Counted from the whole stretch's first letter, positions 16,931-30,922 are shown. The stretch is 63,697 bases of DNA, filler included, from Bigelowiella natans CCMP2755 (GCA_000320545.1; 6 parts of 6 records of this genome joined end to end with filler, not necessarily neighbours in it), one strand, 5' to 3'. The notes: generated by a model from the sequence alone, not told the origin. Numbers and translations are program-made.

Positions 16931-19900
16931 ATGGATATCGTCGTGTAAGATCTATTTGAAGTGAACAGTCCTTCAGTGTTGATGAGAATGACGGTCTGCT
17001 TTTCATTCCAGCGGCCAAGAATTTGCGTACTACGTGGTGAAAGCCAAAGAAGATAAAAACACGCTCAAAGAGGTTTCTATTCCCAAATTCGTCTTTTCTT
17101 GTAGTCGGTATCCTCTTCCTGCTGTGGGTAAAGGTGATTGAATCTGCTGGCTTGGAATACTCAAACGGGGATGGCTACTACCAGGCATCATCCTCGTTAA
17201 ACGATTCGTTTTGCATCCCCATCGTTAACTGTACTCTCTCTCTTCGTAGCTCGGGAAGAAAAAGGAGAACATAAGCGCCAAGAAGATAATGGTTTGGTGG
17301 GACGGGGGTACTTTCCAGATCGATCTGCGTGCGCCGGATTTGTCGTTTAACCACAATCGGTATTCAGATGACTGCTTGGACGATGCTGAAGGAATCAGGG
17401 GAAAGTTCGATCTCGGGTCCGTCACTCTTCTATCCTTCTCTCGTAAAACGAAGTTTTGTCAGTGTCCTTCAAACTCGTAGATCTGGCAAGATAAAGGTGA
17501 ATCAAGACTGCTGTGACGGGTGTCTCTTCATCCAGTCAACGAGCAAGAATCGTCAGTTGCCAAAAGGTGCTCTTTCTTTTCGTCAAGGGATGTCATTAAG
17601 AAGAAATTCTCTTCTTCTTCCCTTATCATTGACAACTTACTCCTAGGATCCTCGGTGATGCTAAGATTCTCTAAGGAGGAGGCAAAAACATGCAGAGTGG
17701 CCTCGAGCTCGGCGTCTGCTGTCACCCAGAAATTGCCTACTGATGCTGCAAAAAAGACTACAAAGAAGCAAAAATCGCCCAAAAAGCGAGGTGGTTCAGC
17801 ACAGACTATGGAAGGATCTATTGCCATTACAAACAATGCAAATTCTTATTATATATTTCCCCAATTTCAGCCTTATCCGAGGCGGTGACAGAACCCGTGA
17901 AGATCAAAAAGCATCGAAATCAATGTCATCTTCCAGCAGCGACGACGCACATCCTATCAGATAAAAAGGTTACGAAGCTATTTCTGAACAAGTTTGATAC
18001 ACTCCCTGGCTTTGACCCATGGCCTTGTGTAATGCAGGAATTGGACGTGCCGGAGAGTGACTCAGTCTCCCTCTCGCCCTCGAAGTGGACCTTCGTTGAA
18101 TCTGTAGGAGTGTTGTTATATCTTTGAGGAAGAAAAGCATATAACCGAAGTGCATCGCCTGATGCTTCTCCCTACAACAGGAGGACGGGCCATATTTCTA
18201 CAGCTTAAACCCACAGCCAGCCAACATCAACAGTACTTATTGCTCCGATAATGATGATTGGCCTCCTCTCATTCGCTCCTCCTCACTGACTATCACAGGT
18301 CCCGCAAAGATCGCTGCTTTTGATATGGACGGTACTCTAATCAAAACTAAGGTGGTGGTTATAAATATGTATGTGTGTATATGTGTTTACACACACATAC
18401 ATATACGTTGTTTGTCGAAACATATGCGCCATCAATAGCAGCGTTCCGTTCCCCTCAAGGACGACGACTCACCCCCCACCCCCTTCTCTTGCACAGAGTG
18501 GAAGGCTTCATCCAATCAATCGCGGAGACTGGCTCTGGTGGCACGAATCTGTAAGCATAACTGCAAAGTGCTGCTCCCTTCATTCTTCTACGTAGCAGCC
18601 GACTATGATTCATTTCTGCTGCTTCTTCTCTCCCTGTTGCGCTGCGGGCGCGTGCGCGTGTGTGTTTGTGTTTGTGTTGTCGCGTGCTGCCGTCGCCGAC
18701 CTACGAAAGGTCCCGAAGAAGTTGAAGGGGCTGCACAACGACGGGTACAAGATTGTGATTTTCACGAACCAGGCTGGCATTGCAAAGGGGAGGACGTCAT
18801 ACGACACCATAGCAGGCAAGAGAGACAGAGAGCAAAGAATGCTTGCAGGGGATCCTAATGGGGGAGATGATGATGATGATGATGATGATGATGACGACGA
18901 CGATGATGGTGATGGTGATGATGAAGGCAATAGTCGAGGCATTGATGATGCCACTATTTCTCCGATTAGGGAAGATAAAGGATATGAGTAGAGACCTGGG
19001 GCTCCCAATCCAGGGTAGTTTTACGAAGAGGAGGGGAAAACAATTTTTCCGCACAACGCTACTGCCGACATCTCATATAAGATTCCCGCTCTCAAGGCTT
19101 TTCTCTGCTTTCAATTAGCGTTCATAGCGGGGGACACGAACCAGTACAGAAAACCCCATGCTAGAATGTGGTAGTACTACTGACGACAACGGAATGGTGG
19201 TGGTGGTGATGATGAGGAGGATGATATCCTTTCATATCTGCATGTATAATTTTATGCGTAATCCGACCAACATATCCGCCTATTTAACACCTGCAATGAC
19301 CTGCCCCGCTGTAGGGAAGAAATGGTGGAAAATCACAATGAAGGCGCCGAGATCAAGAAGGCATTTTACGTCGGAGATGCTGCAGGAAGGCCGAAATCCA
19401 AAGTAACCGCGACATTTTGGATCATTAATATTCCCAGAAAATTGGCCGACCCCACGGCTCCCACACGCATGCGCATATAAACCCTTCGAGAATATGCTAC
19501 TGCGATACTCAAAAGATGTATCGCATTCTCATTTGTTGTGCCCCTTTCCTCCCAGGAAAGGTCCAAGCGCGACTTCTCATGCTCAGATCGAAGCTTTGCT
19601 TGTAATATTCCATTGGAAGAATAAACCGATGCATATTGCGGTGATGAAGAGCGAGTCCTAAAAACAAAGGCTGACTTACCCCCCCCCCCCGGTCTCCCTT
19701 TAGATAATGCGAAGATCATGTTTTACACCCCGGAGGAGTTCTTTTTGAAAAGAGCGCAGGAGAAGTTTCTTTGGGTTGTGTTCTAGTGATTTGAAATTGT
19801 GTGCTCCCCTGCCCTCCCTCCTCCCCTCCCCCCCCCTGTTCTCGTAGTGTGCCTGAGAGAAACAACAGCCTATTTATCTTCTTAATATCATCATATTCTA

Positions 19901-21360
19901 ATGACAACGATGAGCTTTCCTTTGAGTTTTTGGCCAATAGCCTTCTATTTAATACACGTTTGGGCTTCCCTCAGGGTGGTTTCGATCCTGAGAAATTCAT
20001 CCACTCCTGCACCGATATTGACGACGACGGCGATGGAAAGGGGGGGGAGGGGGGAGATCAGGGAATGATCAGGCCTGCGGTGAGTGCGACGACAATTTTG
20101 CTTTTAACGGAAACACCGAAGAGAGCTTCGCATTATGAAGCATGCCCGTGCGGTTAGAGACAGCATGCTCACCGTGCATATCCACGCTTATTCTTGTCGC
20201 TGTGGCCATTGTTGTGGTCGATGTTGTTGCGCTGTTGTTAGATGGAGCAAGAAATAGTGGTTCTTGTGGGGCCTCCTGCAAGCGGGAAGAGCAGAATGGC
20301 CAAATCATCGCTCCGCTCATACACATGGTGTCGACTATTCACGCACGCACGTGCGGGGTTGTATATCAACATCAATTCTAGCTTTCGCACGCCTTGTGAG
20401 GCTGTCTAAGGAGATCGCGTTTGTTTTGCTGCTGCTGCTTATGGTGATGATGATAGACGATGGTGATTGTTGTGATGGTGGCGCCACGGATAAAATAGGG
20501 TAAATCGTGACACACTCAAGACCGCTGCGAGATGCATAAAAGCAGCGAAGCAGGTGGTGGCCGTTGATGTGAGTTGTTGGAGACGAATCGTGCATTTACG
20601 CCTATCCATCTCCGCGCTATCTTAGGCAGTGGAAGAGGGCAGAAGCGTTGTGGTATTTATTTTGCATTCCTCCCCCCGCCCCCCTCCCTTCCAAAAAAAC
20701 TATGGAGTGTAACAACAACTACAACAAACAGATCGACAACACCTCTCCTTCCGAGAAATCGCGTGCTCCTTTCATTGAAATTGCAAGATCGCACGGTATC
20801 AAGGTACTGCTGCTCTGCACTTAGCTGTGCCGGCAAGCAAAAAAACGACAAGAACGCACAGAAACCCGCGACGAAATATACACCTCTCTCAATTAGCAAT
20901 CGTTCGTTCCATCAGGCCCGTTGTTGGGAAATCCTAATCCCACGCAATCTTTGCGAGCATTTGAACTTCATAAGGGAGGTCAGTGCACGTGCTTGCTGTG
21001 CTAGTATGGCGCTTCATGAATGAGTACCCCCCTTGAATAGAATTGCCCGAATACCCAATAGCTTCATCTTCTTCTTCTTGCTGCTCCTCGCTGGGTTACA
21101 CAGATGGCGCTCGCCGACGTGTTCCTTCCGTCGCATACAACATGTTCTACAAGAGCTACCAGCAGCCTTCAGCAACGTAAGTTCCCGATGTTTTGCACGA
21201 CACCGCGTAGTAACAACGATCTGCTCTTGCTCGTCAGTGATTTTTCGAACACCCGCATTACCTCAGAGAGGGTTTCGATACGGTGACGCGATCCAAATTC
21301 AAGTTAGACGTATCCGGCGATGGTGAACTTGAGAAGTATTTCCGAGAACGGAGCGGATGA
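16931..21360 (+). CDS. PNKP: Polynucleotide kinase 3'-phosphatase with atypical N-terminal domain
   Basis: HAD motif KIAAFDMDGTLIKTK, DWLWWHES, GYKIVIFTNQAGI, YRKP, FYVGDAAGRP, DFSCSDRSFA, FYTPEEFFL, P-loop VLVGPPASGKS, VNRDTL, IDNTSP, EHLNFIRE, VAYNMFYKSYQQP. Confidence 0.95.
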
Positions 21361-22571
21361 CCGTAGTCAGTAGTGCGTGAGGAAAGATGTATAGTCCTCG
21401 ATATAACGCACAGTCATCGATTGCATGCGCTGCTATGCTGGCTATGTGTGCTAGTGCGTGCTAGCGTGACTATGAGCAGCCATCTTATAATTAGCACATA
21501 AGCACAGTGGTTACGCCAATCGATCTAGTAATATAATATGGCATGCTAGCATGCATTGCATCACACGCATAATTTTTTGCTATGTCATTCGTCGATAGAA
21601 CGGCATAGCTATCTAGCTGTGCTAGCATGCTGCACTAGTGCATATGGCGTCATGCACGGCACAGCTAGACAGCACGTCTAGACGTGCTTGCCAATCTAGC
21701 AATGCTAGAATGACTAAAGTCATTCTCCAGCTACATGAACATCTAGACATGTGCACACAGAGCAAGCTAGTTGCACACATCACATCTCCATGTGCTGCCT
21801 CAACTATCTCTAGATCTGACTGAGCGAAAACAAGAAAGCGCAGCGCAAGGATCATGTGCATTGCTGGCCTGCTTGTGTGCAAGCTAGCAAGCGCCTTGTA
21901 TACACTACTGCATGTCACACAAATTCTTCTCGACATGTGAGATTGTGCGCTCACATCATTGGTCACCATGCATTTGATCATCTTTAAAGTTGAATTTTGA
22001 ACATATCCAGATCTATTTTGCTCACTTCTTTGGAAGATCGAAACATATTTTCTGCATTGGTTATGTCCAGGAATCTCATGCTATACATTGAATCTCTTCC
22101 GGCTTATAATTGTGCATACGTAAACAAAATCAAAATGGGTGGAAAACTGCTCCTATTCATGAGTATTATATACCTGTCGAGTTGTGCTCAACTGTCAAGG
22201 TTGTCAGTTTTTGGAATATTGTTATCATGATCGTGTGGAGAACTAGACCATCGAGGCTGCTCCCATTCCCATCCTCATGTCGTCTTCTTCCGTTTGCGCT
22301 TGTCGGTTTCAATGGTTTCTGCATCGTCAGTTCTGAGATAGAAGAGGAAGAAGAAGAACACGAGGCAGAAGAAACACAATTCAGATGTCCTTTCTTCCTC
22401 CTCCTCCTCCTCCTCCCCCCCTCGTCCCCCTTTCATTGCTCTCTTCGAGTTCTCTCCTCGCCTCTCCTCTCCTAGTGCCCGGGCTTTTCATGTGTTTGTT
22501 GGTATAACGCTTCTACTCTTGGCAAGAACACGGAGCAACACACACGCACACGCACACGCATACGCATACGC

Positions 22572-22612
<41 letters not shown>

Positions 22613-22619
22613 CCCATCG

Positions 22620-22671
22620 AAATTGGCTCCAGACATATTCTGATACCTGCGGGCGAAACATAAATAACGCA

Positions 22672-22711
<40 letters not shown>

Positions 22712-23021
22712 CACCAATAAAAACGATGGGGCAAAAACGAAGCAAAGCGATGTCTACCCAGGCTCTTCCTCACCTCAATAATGAATGGCGGCGTGTGCAG
22801 GTAAGATTGACTAACTACTTCTACAACTATTTCTATTTCTATCACTATTACTACTGCGACTACAACTGCTGCTACTAATGGTCATTATTACCGAAGCCAC
22901 GTGAGCATAATCCTTGCACGTCGCTTCGTTGCGGCTTCTCTCTCGACTGCTCCGATTTCTTCTTCTGCAAAACATATATATGCATGTCGTGTGGAAATGT
23001 GTACCTAGTATAATGGGTCGT

Positions 23022-23064
<43 letters not shown>

Positions 23065-23242
23065 GTGTGTGTGTGTGTGTGTGCATTGCATTGTTTCACG
23101 ATGCGGCATGTTAAATACCTGAAACAGTCTTTTTGGCTTCTTGAGCAGCCTGAGGGAATGATAATGGCAGAATAATGATGATGAAGAAGAATATGATGAT
23201 GATGATGACGAAGAAGAATGTGCATCGAATTTAACTATACCA

Positions 23243-23305
<63 letters not shown>

Positions 23306-23580
23306 GGGAGAAATTGAGTAACCGCTACTTGATGGAGTGTGCGTACATGATGCACGTTGTAGTACACAGAGCAGGCAAGCATAATAATCATACCCCCACC
23401 GTCCGCTCTCTTCCCATCATCATAGACGTATAGACACGTACATACCTGCAGCGCTTGGAGGTATTTCTTTCGATGACGAATCTCCTGTTTCCGCGTTTTG
23501 CGCTCACGGAACACGAAGGTCTCCTCTTGCGGGGCTACTTTGAGTCCCGGTTGCTGCACGATCAACACCGCAACCCGCAC
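22620..23580 (-). CDS. Internal exons of an unidentified protein (ends not resolved)
   Basis: In-phase GT-AG chain RKQEIRHRKKYLQALQ | AAQEAKKTVS | EEEIGAVEREAATKRRARIMLTWLR | QSYLHTPPFIIE | VSEYVWSQFRW. Confidence 0.45.
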
Positions 23581-23689
23581 ACTTCAGAGCAATCCGATCT
23601 CGGGCAAAGTCGTCGTGCCCTTCATCACTACAGCTCTTTCTCTGACACGCTCTCTCACTCTCCCCCCCGCCCTCTCTCCCCCCCTCTCC

Positions 23690-24301
23690 ATCTGGTTGTG
23701 TGAGGGTGTGTTGAGAAGGTATCAAATGCGCCTGGGCTCTCACTTGGTATTCCTGATGGAAGTGACGGAACATATAGAACTTGACGTGTTGAACATGATG
23801 AATGTGTGTGGAGACGATGGTGATGGCGACAATTATGATGATGATGGAGGTGGTGTCGGCAGCAGCAGCAGCAGCAGCAGAAATAACAACGACGACGATG
23901 ATGATACTGCAAATAATGATAAAGGTGCTGATGATACTGGTCAAACTAGTCTAGTGAAAGAAGCAGCAGCAGCAGCAGCAGTATTACCGGCACAAACATC
24001 ATCATCAGTAGTATCTGAAGCAGCCATCATCCGTACACTACGCAATGAGTTGAGACAATGCCTAGAGAGGCAGGCAATACCTTCGAAGATCCTGCTATTA
24101 ACTCACTTTCCCACTAATCACCGTGGAAAAGTTGACCGAAAACAATTGTTCAGATTCTTGGATCACAGCAGAACTAAGATCCCTGATGACTACAAACTAA
24201 AAGGAATAGCAGCATCAGCAGCATCAGCACCACCACCACCACCAACAACAACAACAATTGAGTCTTCTTCTTCCTCCCGTTCATATCTCGGGTCCTCCTA
24301 A
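23690..24301 (+). CDS. Fragment encoding an adenylation (AMP-binding) C-terminal subdomain, AASDH/NRPS-like
   Basis: LRQCLERQAIPSKILLLTHFPTNHRGKVDRKQL matches the A10 motif region (xPxxxxxLxxxPxTxNGKVDRKxL); no upstream core domain visible. Confidence 0.6.
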   Translation: MWLCEGVLRRYQMRLGSHLVFLMEVTEHIELDVLNMMNVCGDDGDGDNYDDDGGGVGSSSSSSRNNNDDDDDTANNDKGADDTGQTSLVKEAAAAAAVLPAQTSSSVVSEAAIIRTLRNELRQCLERQAIPSKILLLTHFPTNHRGKVDRKQLFRFLDHSRTKIPDDYKLKGIAASAASAPPPPPTTTTIESSSSSRSYLGSS

Positions 24302-24304
24302 CCA

Positions 24305-24404
24305 NNNNNNNNNNNNNNNNNNNNNNNNNNNNNNNNNNNNNNNNNNNNTTAATTAATTAANNNNNNNNNNNNNNNNNNNNNNNNNNNNNNNNNNNNNNNN
24401 NNNN
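24305..24404. other. Artificial contig linker
   Basis: N-TTAATTAATTAA-N, 100 bp. Confidence 0.97.
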
Positions 24405-24669
24405 CTATCCGCGTTTATAGTACTTATGAACTAGAATGCACCTCATCTCAGTATAGAAGCAAACGAGTTCGATTACATTCGTTCACTCATCGGATCATGT
24501 AGTGGTCAAAACGACGCATTATAGTGCTCGTTCGCGTAGGTTTACAGCCGGAGATAACAAGCACTATATGATATTCGGGGGGAGGGGAGAGGAGGGGGGG
24601 ATGAGATAAATCACACCATGCTGTTTGGTGTTGTTTTTGATGTTGGTTGCGAATGTTTGTTTGTGTTAG

Positions 24670-24761
24670 GTGGACTACACTGCTGACCGTGCAGCATTCG
24701 ACACCGAAGGCGGAAACAGGTCAGTCGCCAATTAATTAGCTGCTAAGTAGATCGCTTGCGG

Positions 24762-24815
<54 letters not shown>

Positions 24816-25002
24816 CACGCACACACACACACACAAATATATGTATTTATATATATAGCATACACGCATACACACAACACACACTCGCTCGTTTCTATTA
24901 TCTCCCCCTTTTTGTTCGCATGCACTTTGCAATACAGTAAACAGCCCTTTGTCTTGCAGGATAATGGCAGAGCTGGGGCGGGGGCCAGCCATGACGTCGT
25001 AG
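24670..25002 (+). CDS. Last two exons of an unidentified gene
   Basis: ttag|VDYTADRAAFDTEGGNR|gt ... cag|IMAELGRGPAMTS*, in phase. Confidence 0.35.
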
Positions 25003-26076
25003 TAGGTTCCATTATTGCCTAGTTGTATCATTGCTAGTACCCTGCTATGTACGCTGCCCGAAGCTGTACGGCATCATCCCTTCAAGCATCGATCATCGAC
25101 ACAAAATACGACTCTACTTCTAGTCTTGTTCGCTTGTGTTTTATTTCGCAGGCAACATCCAGCGGGAAGTTGCTTTCGCTTTGACGTTGATAGTAGCGAC
25201 AAATCGTTTCCATCGAATGGACTACCAACCAGCATGCTGCTACCATGCTGCGCATGCTCACCGCACCATCGCAGTGCATGTATTGTGTGACAATGTTATT
25301 AGCTACTGACATGATACGATGCACATCCACCCCCAAATGATCGATTATTATCGAGCACTACACACTTGGTCATAGCTAGATAGTATATTGTACTGCACTA
25401 GTGCAGACTGTATCGTATAAACTCGCCACAATGCGTGCACGTTCTAGCGGTGTGCGCTGCATCCTGCGTTGACTATAATGACTCTGCTAGGACTGTCTAG
25501 CTGTCATTGTAGCTTGTCATTATTGCTAGATTCTAGGATCGATTGGGCGTCTTCATCAGAGCTAGAGAGCGGCGCGCATTCGCACAGCTAGATAGAACCC
25601 GGACACAAACAGCATTGTGTTGCGAAAACAGTACACGATTAATGTTCGGTTAAGTAAACTAGTAAACGTGCCTACGACGTCCCATCCACAATCAATGTGT
25701 CTAGCTAGCTAGGGTAACTAGGTGCAGCATGTCTCTGTCTAGCACGCACGCTCATTGCGCTCGCACGCAATAGCCGCTAGACCGCACAGTCTTTTCATTA
25801 CGGCGAAGTATGAAATGAAAATATAACACTATTTGTTCGAATCGCCATCTGCTAGCTATAGCGCTCTGTGCAGAGCGGCGGCTGCAGTGCCTACATGTGT
25901 TATTGTACTTATCCCGTTTCTGCAACGGTGTGAGTCGCGCTAGCAGAAGACATGTGTTAGACAATCAATATGTGCATTCTGATTCTCTTCGTCATGGCAC
26001 TTCGCTTCTTCGTTGCTCTTAGATACCAACAAAATGAGAAGTTTTGATCCTATATTCCTGAGCGGCGATAGAGGCA

Positions 26077-26347
26077 TTAAGCATGATCATCCTCATCACC
26101 AGATCCAGCTTCTCCTCCCCCCTCCCCTTCCGCGTCATCATCCTCATCCTCCTCCTCCTCCTCCGCCTCTCCCACCACCAGCTGGAACTCTCGCTTTCGG
26201 TCAACCCCACAGAAGGTGTCGGAGATGAGGTAGATTTGCAGCGTGTAGTTGCCTGTTAGGGAGGGGGATCATCGGTTAATACTTGAGTATGAAAAGACTC
26301 GATTACCGTCAAAACCCAGCAAAACACACACACACACACACACGCAC

Positions 26348-26393
<46 letters not shown>

Positions 26394-27169
26394 ATATATA
26401 GAGAGAGGAGAGGAGAGGGAGAGGAGAAAGAGAAAGATAGAAAGAGAGATCCACCGAATCTACTCCCCCCCCCAAAAAAACCCTCTCCACAGTTGGGAAA
26501 TCCAAGCGAAGACTCTCTCTTCTCACCAGGCTCTTGAGGCACTTGAAACTCGACTGTGCAAGTCGTCGTATCGCGTATCATCACCCTCTTCAGTGCGAGG
26601 AGCTCATCGATGTCCTCCCTCCCCACCACCAACCACCACCCTTCACTCTTCGCTTTCCCCGTTCTCTGTATAGCGGCTTTGCCGCGCAGCCTCTGCGACC
26701 GTTGTAGCCTCACCATGAGTGGGATATACCTGCGAAATCGAAGAACGAGATAAAATGCCATATCCGATACAAATGCGGTTGACAAGGCCGGCGCGTGTGC
26801 ATACTAGGGAATGATGATCCAGAAAATGGAAAAACAGCGTTTGTCCCTTCGATTCAGATCTGGTGAACGAATCTTCATGCACACTCTCGCCCCATCATTA
26901 GCAATACCGTCTTAACAGCAGCAATGACAACTTTTCTCCTACAACTACTAGCACTACTACTACTTCTACGGCTCGAAACTGCTAAGTTGGTGAAATAACC
27001 CGTCAGCTGGGGCGGGGCTCTCCTCAGTCCCCCCCTCGGGGAGCTTGTACTTAACGTCCACATTTGGCATCTTGGAGAGAGTCGATGTTATCGTCCTTAG
27101 ATCACGGTTGTTCTTCACGCCGGCCTTCCTTAGAATCTGTGTATTAAAAGAGCGTTTGGGAACGGTCAC

Positions 27170-27242
<73 letters not shown>

Positions 27243-27811
27243 CTTCTCTCTGTATGTTCTTTCCCCCAGCCTACCGATTCCTTTCTCTTGAGAGGCGTGG
27301 CGATCAAGTCCGGGAGGGACGCTATCTTCATGGCCTCGCACGTCTCGACGATGCTTGAAGGCATTTTGGGGATTAGGAGGTAAGGAGATTTGTCGGGGAA
27401 ACATCCTGATGGGGGAGGGATTGCAGGCATCGAGTCACTGCTGTCCGTGGAGGGAGAAACTTCGATTATCATGCAACGCGACTATCTACAAAACGCCCTC
27501 ATCACGCGATGTGCTCATCGAGTTGAGCAAGGTAATAAACACAGGTTTCTTCTGATTCTGTTTCAGGAAAAACACCCAAGGAAATGAGAGGCTCTGCCAC
27601 CTACCTTGAATGATGAGCTGGGTCAGTCTCATGATTTCCCTCGTTGTCCGCAGGTAGCTTGCAGCAGCAAAGACGCACAGCAGCAAACAGACACAAGGGC
27701 GACAGACATTTAAAGTCAGAAACCGGGAAAAAAAAAAGCAACCCAAAAAAGCAACAAACATATTAATTTCATAGAGGCGTATTAAAATATATATAATATA
27801 TAAGTATAATA

Positions 27812-27863
<52 letters not shown>

Positions 27864-28240
27864 GCGCCGTGCGAAGACCATCGATCATCGACACGCGCGA
27901 TTTCGAGCGGAAACATGTCTGACGAGGCCAAAATACCACGACAAAACTACTACGGCGGCGCGGTGCCTTCCTCACCCGTTCTCCGCGGAGATATCGATCA
28001 TTGCCTGAAGGATTCGGATCGCTTGATCGAGTAACGACCTCGTGTCAGTGATGAAGTCTGACATTGGGAGAGTCAATCTCGCCTGCAAAACCGCGGAGCA
28101 TAGAGCAGGGAAGGAGAGGGGGCGCGCAGGGGGGGGGGGGGGGACGAGGGGAAGTCGCCACCTGGATCTTTTGCTCGACGAAGAGCTCCTCTACAACCTA
28201 TCGAGAAGATGTGTTAGATATTGGCCAATCGTGAATGCGG

Positions 28241-28272
<32 letters not shown>

Positions 28273-29301
28273 GTAATGATGATGATGCTGATGATGATGG
28301 TAGTCACACTCTCTGGTGAAAGATGAATAGAACGCTTTAGAAACCAAATCAATGTAAAAACAGAGCTTTCTTCCCGGAAATCATGCGAGGCTTTTTTGCA
28401 TCATTTCGACCCTAACCCCCCCCCCCGACCACGAGCAACCTTTCTGTCCCCAGACAGCATCCCGGCATGATGGAGGCCCACTCCGAAACTTAACATGTGC
28501 TTGAGATTCTCGTCTTTGACAGCGTTGACAGCGCCGTCGAGCTCCTCCTGCGTCATGTGCACGAACTTGTGCGGGTCGCCGTCGGAAGTGCAGTAGGCAA
28601 CGAGATCGATCGCCGTGAGCCGTGTTTGCCTCCGGGACGACACAAACACCAGCACCTTTTTTTGGTTACATACGTATGGCTGCAGTGATGATGGTGATGA
28701 TGGTGATGATGATGGTGATGATGGTGATGATGGTGATGACGATGATGATCGATGGTGGTATTGCTGTTTCAAGTACTGATCGTGGCAAGGATGCCGATGA
28801 AGATGACGATGTGATAACATTCGTATTCGCTTCGATGTGATGCGACCCCCCCCCTCTACTTTCCCTAAGGAGGGCGGGGTAGGGTTACCGGTTTGGACGG
28901 CGAGTATGTGCGAATTGCCGCATACGTCGGCTTATTCATCAGTGCCATTCGGGGGCAATAATGCTTCCCAGGGTATCTATCACCAAAACATGCAAATCTC
29001 ACATATAGAGCGAAATTAAAGAAATCGGCCATAAACGGCGGAATTCTCTCCATTGTGCCCCCCCCCTCCCTCCCCCCCTTGCCCGTCCTTTACAAATGGA
29101 ATACGTGTACCCTGAGATGTGCACCGTGAGCGGGATCGGCCGCACTTTGGGAGGGAAGTTGAAGAGCCCCGGGCCATCGATTCCGAGCCAATCTCCCAAA
29201 TCTGACGCATTTGCCAGCGCCGTGGAGAGGCCAACAATGCGGATGTCGAACGACGTTTGCGACGATATGTACCTTGAGAAGAACAACATAAACATGTATA
29301 T

Positions 29302-29342
<41 letters not shown>

Positions 29343-30338
29343 TTATTAAATAGCTTGGCATACCGCATGCGCGACACGATCACTTCCAGAACCTATCAAA
29401 GCAATTGACAATGAGCGCAGGGGTTTGTCCGTTTTAAAAAAACCAAAAAAATAAATAATCATTTAAAGAGTATAGGGTAAGGAGGAGGGCGTTCCGACGC
29501 CGAACATGCACACAGAGTCGAAGCTGTCACTCCTCTCGCAGTGACACACAGAAGCTGTACCGGCCCTCTATCTTGCCCGAGCATATGAATCTCATCAATC
29601 ACAACGAGTCCAACTTGCTTGACATATCCTCGAGACTTCCAAGATCTGCAATTTTAGCGAAGCCCCGCCCCCGAATCAGAACAAAGAACACCCAAGAGAA
29701 AGGGAGAGGAAATGGGGGCGAGGAAGGGGGGGGGGGTGGGTAGACAGAAATTTCAAGGAAGAAATAATCTCAGGATAACTGATACGATAAGATACATGCA
29801 CCCTCTAGACTATGGCTACTCCACAGGGAAGCTAGAAGGCGGTTTGCGAGGGGTGTTCTTCTCCACATCTCTCCCTTCAAATGCCAACAGCGCCACTCCC
29901 CCCCTCCATTATGGCTTGATGTTTGCGAGTGGTAGTGAGTGCCGTGCATACTACCTCGAGACTCCGTCCCACTTCTCAGGTGTTGTCACTACTATATCAG
30001 CCCTCTTCAAAGCCTGAGAGGAAAAGGGGGGGGGGGGGGGTGGAAGGAGGCGGGGGAAGAAGGCAAAACGACGGATTTTAATCATAATACACTATCATAG
30101 AGACAATACATTGTGTATTCTGACGAGTATTCCCCGCGAATGTCGTTGATATATTCAATTTTCTACGAAATTCACTTCACGTCGATGCAAAGACGCTCGT
30201 CGCGCGCATTGGAGTCGTGGATTGATATGATATCAGTATTCGTATCGATGATTTGCCTTGCGCAGTACCTTAGCGTCCGGAGTTGCATCTCCGGTGAGCT
30301 CCACGGTAGTTCTTCCGATGCCTTTGAACGACTTTTCC
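26077..30338 (-). CDS. ASCC3: ASCC3/Slh1 Ski2-like helicase, second helicase cassette plus Sec63 domain (5' truncated; internal block missing)
   Basis: [157 protein letters not shown]. Confidence 0.93.
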
Positions 30339-30365
30339 CTACAACACGCCAACACAAGCAACAGG

Positions 30366-30465
30366 NNNNNNNNNNNNNNNNNNNNNNNNNNNNNNNNNNN
30401 NNNNNNNNNTTAATTAATTAANNNNNNNNNNNNNNNNNNNNNNNNNNNNNNNNNNNNNNNNNNNN
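30366..30465. other. Artificial contig linker
   Basis: N-TTAATTAATTAA-N, 100 bp. Confidence 0.97.
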
Positions 30466-30825
30466 TCCAGGTTGTGAAACGCGACCCCTGGGGATATCGG
30501 CAAAGAACATTATCGGGGGGGGGGGGGAGAGGGATATGGAAAAGGCAAGGGGGGCTTAAAAACAAAAACAAAGGGGGGGGGGGGGGGGGGGCGGAGAAGT
30601 GAGAAAGCATTCATCAATGCTACTCTTGTTCTGCATGAGCACTTGGTCATGGACGCATGAATTTTATATAGATCAACAACAACAACACATTCCTCTCTCC
30701 CCTCTACTACCACCACTATCATAATCATTATCATCGCCCCACAGAACGCTGCTCCTGCTGCTGGTGCTGCTGTTTTTCTTCTTCTTCTTCTTTTCCCCCT
30801 CTCTTCTCTCCTCTCCCAAATAATA

Positions 30826-30922
30826 GGTTTTCGCTCACCTAGGACCGGTACAAGCAGTCAAGCTAAAAGGGGTGAGGAGGGACTGATGCACCATAATACC
30901 ATGTTACATGCGCGTGAGCACT

